From Fonticula alba ATCC 38817 (taxonomy: Eukaryota > Protista > Nucleariida): a stretch of DNA of 64,000 bases. Where the stretch lies: NCBI GenBank assembly GCA_000388065.2, contig KB932202.1, one strand, 5' to 3'. A model generated the notes under the pieces. It saw nothing but the letters and a program-made list of their open reading frames with translations. It made no database searches and was not told where the DNA came from. This document shows, piece by piece, positions 60,293 through 64,000 of the stretch (within the stretch, counting starts at the first letter, position 1; every line of letters begins with the position of its first letter). A program made the position numbers and the translations under genes.

Positions 60293-63200
60293 ATGTCCGC
60301 CAAGCGCCTGCGCATCAGTCGGACCTCGGCGGCCTCCTCCGAGTATGTGTCCGCTGCCTGGTTTCCTCCCTGGCCCTGCCTGGGTGCCGCTCTTCTACCT
60401 CGGCTCATGACCCTGTCTAACTCTCTCTCTCTCTGTCTCTTTTGCCGGTCCCTCTCCTGTAGGTTTGAATTTAATGAGCTCACTGGCATGTCGCCAAAGC
60501 GCTACGGCGTTCCTGGCCTGCTGGGATCGGTGACCGCCTCGCACCTGGCCGTGTCACCAAGCCCTCTGCGCCACGCATCGCTTCCCGGAGCCGGCCCTGG
60601 CGCCTCGGAGTCCCCCTCGGCTCCGCTCCTTGCCGACAATCTGCGCACCCCAAGCCGCGTAAGTTCCTGTACCCCCCCCCTTTTGCCAGTCTGCGCTCCC
60701 CCCCCCCTCCCCCTGCTCCGTGAGCCTAACGACAATCTCTCTCCCCTCAGTCCCGACTCATCATCCCGAATGGTGCTCCAATCAACGAGGCGACGTGCGC
60801 TTTCCTGGCCCCCATGTCCCCTCCCCCTTTGAACTGTTCCCTCTCTCTCTCTCTCTCTCTCCATTTCGCCCCCTCTTGTGAATGCTTATTCACGATCTNN
60901 NNNNNNNNNNNNNNNNNNNNNNNNNNNNNNNNNNNNNNNNNNCCCCCCACGCCCCCACGCCCCCTCGCCCCCCATCAGCATCGAGCCGGGCACTCCCTTT
61001 ACCCAGCGCACAGCCAGCGGCGAGCGCACTTGCCTGTATGAGGACCTGTCTGAGTCGCGCCTTGATCGCGGCTCGCTTCCAACCGTCTCGCCAGCCCCAT
61101 CCGAATCAGGCGGCACCGAGGCCGCCACGCCGGTCATCGATTTCGTCAAGGTCAATGCTCTCTGCTTGGCGAATTCCCCCGCCGCAAACGCCACTGCCGC
61201 CGGCGAGGAGGCAGCCCCCGCAAATGGAGCCTCGTCGTCCCCCCTGTCTGTCCTGGATGTCCATCGTGGGAACCTTGTCGAAGCGTATGCCACGCTGGCG
61301 CCGGTTGTGGCCAGCGCTCGCCGACGGAAGGGCCGCGTTCTCGGGGCCGAGAATGAGCTGGCCAACGGCTACTATCGCTTCATGTCGCAGAAGATTTCCG
61401 AGAAAGCCGATGGTTCGTTGCCCCCATTGGCCATTGCGCCCTCCATTGTCTGCTCCTTGAGAGAAGATTACACACCCCGAAGCACCCTCCCCTCCTTCCC
61501 TGCCCATGCACATGCACATGCACATGCACATGCACATGCAGAGACACACATACACATGCACATGTACATGCACATGTGCATGTGTATTTGTCACCCACCA
61601 GCGGGAAGTCCACCTTGCTAACCACATGTTGCCCTCTCTGCTGGCAGCTGTCGACCGCCAGCTCGAGCGCGTTGCCGGGGTCCTCTGCTCGCATCATGGC
61701 ATCAAGCCGGGGGATGTCATTTCGGCTGTCATCCCGGGTCAGACCGAGCGCCATGTGTACGGCCGGATTGTGGCGGCTGCCGATGACAACGGCGCCAGCC
61801 TTCGTGGGAATGTGGTGTACATCGAATCGCCGCGCCATTGCGGCGGACATTTGATCCCCCTGGGCTTGGACAAGTGCCCGTCCTTTTCCTTCTTCCCCGG
61901 GCAGGTTGTCCTCCTGCGGGGGATCAATCTGACCGGCACTCAGTTCGACGTGTCGCAGGTCGAGCCGGTGCGTTTCCCGTCCTCCCTCCTGCCTCTTTTT
62001 CCCCTTTGGCCTGGCGGATGAGGGGTTTTGCCCGCTTCCCGGCCGCCAGCCTAACGGCCTCCCTGCCGCTAGATCCCCCCGCTGCCGCCCCGGCCTCTCG
62101 ACTCGGCGGCGGTGGAGACCCTCTACCCGTCAGCCGGCGCACCCGGTGCCGCGGCGTCTGGACTCAAGGTGATGATCTGTGCGTCGCATGCTTGGGCCTC
62201 GCACGCCCCCCCTCCCCGCTCCGCCAGGCCATCTCGGGTCTCCCTAACCCCTTTTGGCCATGCCCGCCGCTTTCCATCGGCAAATGCCAGCATGTGGCCC
62301 GTACACCCCGAATTTCGACCTCCGCTTTGACCCCCTGCTATCGTTCTTGGATGCGGTGGTTGAAGCCCAGCCCGATGTGGCCATCATCGTGCGTCAGCAA
62401 GTGACATGGCCTGACCGACTTCCCTGATGCCCACTCACCTGCTATGTCCCCTGCTGATGGGGTGGGCCGGCGGGGGCCTTTGCGTCCAAAAGATTGGCCC
62501 GATCCTGGAGGACACACACCCCTTGGTGGTGTCCGGCAACATGAAGGGCACCACGGTCGACGTCTTCGCCGACGTGCTGTATGTGCTGACCACCTGTGCC
62601 CAGGCACAGCCGCACATCCAGTTCATCCTGGTTCCCGCGCTGTCGGATGTGACTCACCCGTGCCCGGTGCTGCCCCAGCCGCCATTTGCCCTGCGCCGGC
62701 GCAATATCCCGGCCAATCTGCACTGCCACTGGAATCCGTCCATCATCCAGCTGGGTGACCTGACCATCGGCCTGATGGCCACCGACCTGTTGATGCATCT
62801 GTCTCGAGTGGAAATCAGCCGCCAGGCCCCGGACACCGGGAGTGGCTCGGTTCCGGACCGCCTGCATCGCCTGGCCGAGCATGTCCTCCTCCAGCGGACC
62901 CTTTACCCGGTGCTGCCGGCCCAATCCGGCACCAGCCTCGAGCTTCCCCGCCTGGATGACCTGTCCATGGGGCAATACCAGCCGGACATCCTGGTCATGC
63001 CCTCCAACTTGAAGACCTTCATCAAGAACATCCATGGGGCCCTGGTCATCAACCCCGGGCGGCTGTGTACCGGCGGGTCCCGTGCCAGTGCCGGTGGCGG
63101 GACATATGCCCGGGTGTTGGTTCTGCCGCCCCGCGACGAAGCCAGCAGCGGCGATGTCAAGCGCGCGTGCGTCTGTCCTGCGGCATTCCCTTTTCCCCGC

Positions 63201-63347
63201 CCCTCCCCCCCCCCTTCTTGCCCTTTCTCACCCATGCGCTCACACCCTCGCATGCAAACTCCCGAACACACGTGGCAATGTGCCTGCGCGGCGCCATACA
63301 GTGCGAACATCAGCGCTCGCTGCCAGGCCGAGGTGGTCAGGATATAA
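60293..63347 (+). CDS. POLA2: DNA polymerase alpha-primase subunit B (POLA2/Pol12), ~655 aa, 9 exons
   Basis: Exons 60293-60342, 60463-60658, 60751-60794, 60979-61412, 61648-61967, 62073-62178, 62291-62388, 62493-63166, 63302-63347 (in frame). Motifs: YRFMSQK, VYGRI, FSFFPGQVVLLRGINLTG, SCGPYT..FDPL..PDVAII|IGP, FILVPALSDVTHP..PQPP, PDILVMPSNL..F.K..VINPGRL, GTYARV, and the terminus AEVVRI. Confidence 0.93.
61505..61582. repeat. Intronic (CATGCA)n hexamer repeat
   Basis: Direct observation inside POLA2 intron 61413-61647. Confidence 0.85.
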
Positions 63348-63799
63348 TTGTGCACCTGCGCCGGTCGAATGCCGTCCAAGAAAAGACGCCCACACGCAAA
63401 CATGCAACGGGCGCGCCGGAGCGCGGCCCCGGACAGGGGGCAGGCCATCCGCCCTCGGGTCCGCTCCTCCCTGGACGCATGGGCTCGATGGACCACTGGC
63501 GGGAAGGCTCGGCCCTTCATGCCGAGTGAATGCACTTTTTAGACACCGCGAGACGCGACAGCCCGTGAGGGGATTCCGGCCTGCGACCGTGGGGAAGGAG
63601 GGACGGGGGAGGGAGGAAGAAAGAGCAAGAGAAGGAGGGGGAGAATCTATTGATGAAAGTGCCGAGAGAAGGGGAGCACCATCCTGCTGAGAGTGGGGCA
63701 TGCAAAAAAAAAAAGAAAAGGGGGGACTGTGCACCACGTCAACCAGCCAGGGAACAAGGGAGCGACAGAGATAGCGACAGGAGAGGAGGGAGAAAGGGA

Positions 63800-64000
63800 T
63801 CAGATCTCGCTGATCTCATCGATTTCCAGCTCGCTGACATACATCATGGAGGTGTGAACGATGTTCGAGAAGAAGCGGCTCTCGATGCCGCGGTACAGCG
63901 AGCGGATGCCCTCCTCGCGGGGAATGCGCACAATGCAGTCAACCCAAGACTTGTAGGGGACCGGCGAGATGGCCACCAGTGGCACATAGGGCCGAGAGAG
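63800..64000 (-). CDS. Mitochondrial carrier family (SLC25) protein, 3' end only (partial)
   Basis: The frame is open from the window edge to TGA at 63802-63800. YKSWVDCIVRIPREEGIRSLYRG matches the carrier motif Y.G..DC...I.+EEG...LYRG. Confidence 0.75.
   Translation of the reverse strand, partial: LSRPYVPLVAISPVPYKSWVDCIVRIPREEGIRSLYRGIESRFFSNIVHTSMMYVSELEIDEISEI

Noticed and set aside
1-64000. CRISPR array, transposon, prophage, operon or defence-system interpretation
   Set aside because: There are no repeat-spacer arrays, transposase/RT/integrase motifs or TIR/LTR structures. The genes are spliceosomal-intron-containing eukaryotic genes in mixed orientation.

Overview
This is GC-rich, intron-rich eukaryotic DNA, not prokaryotic. 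It has 8 short N gaps and many poly-C/poly-G runs and CA/GA/CAG microsatellites, mostly in introns. I joined the ORF fragments by hand across GT-AG introns, checking phase at each junction, and obtained seven complete-looking genes and one partial gene. In order: a PAS-PAS-GATA zinc-finger factor of White-Collar-2-like architecture (-), Mediator subunit MED14 (-), an orphan coiled-coil protein (-), a giant membrane-anchored LEA-like/coiled-coil protein ending in a degenerate DUF1264/OBAP domain (+), a 7TM-RGS fusion protein (-), a ~4,700-aa LYST/Beige-type PH-BEACH-WD40 protein (-), DNA polymerase alpha subunit B (+), and the 3' end of an SLC25 carrier (-). I found no CRISPR array, transposase, rRNA or tRNA. 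The sequence style suggests a GC-rich unicellular opisthokont such as Fonticula, but that is an unverified inference. The best leads are the White-Collar-like PAS-GATA factor, the LEA-DUF1264 fusion, the divergent 7TM-RGS protein and the strong +4C bias at splice donors. All family calls come from motif recognition by eye, not database searches.
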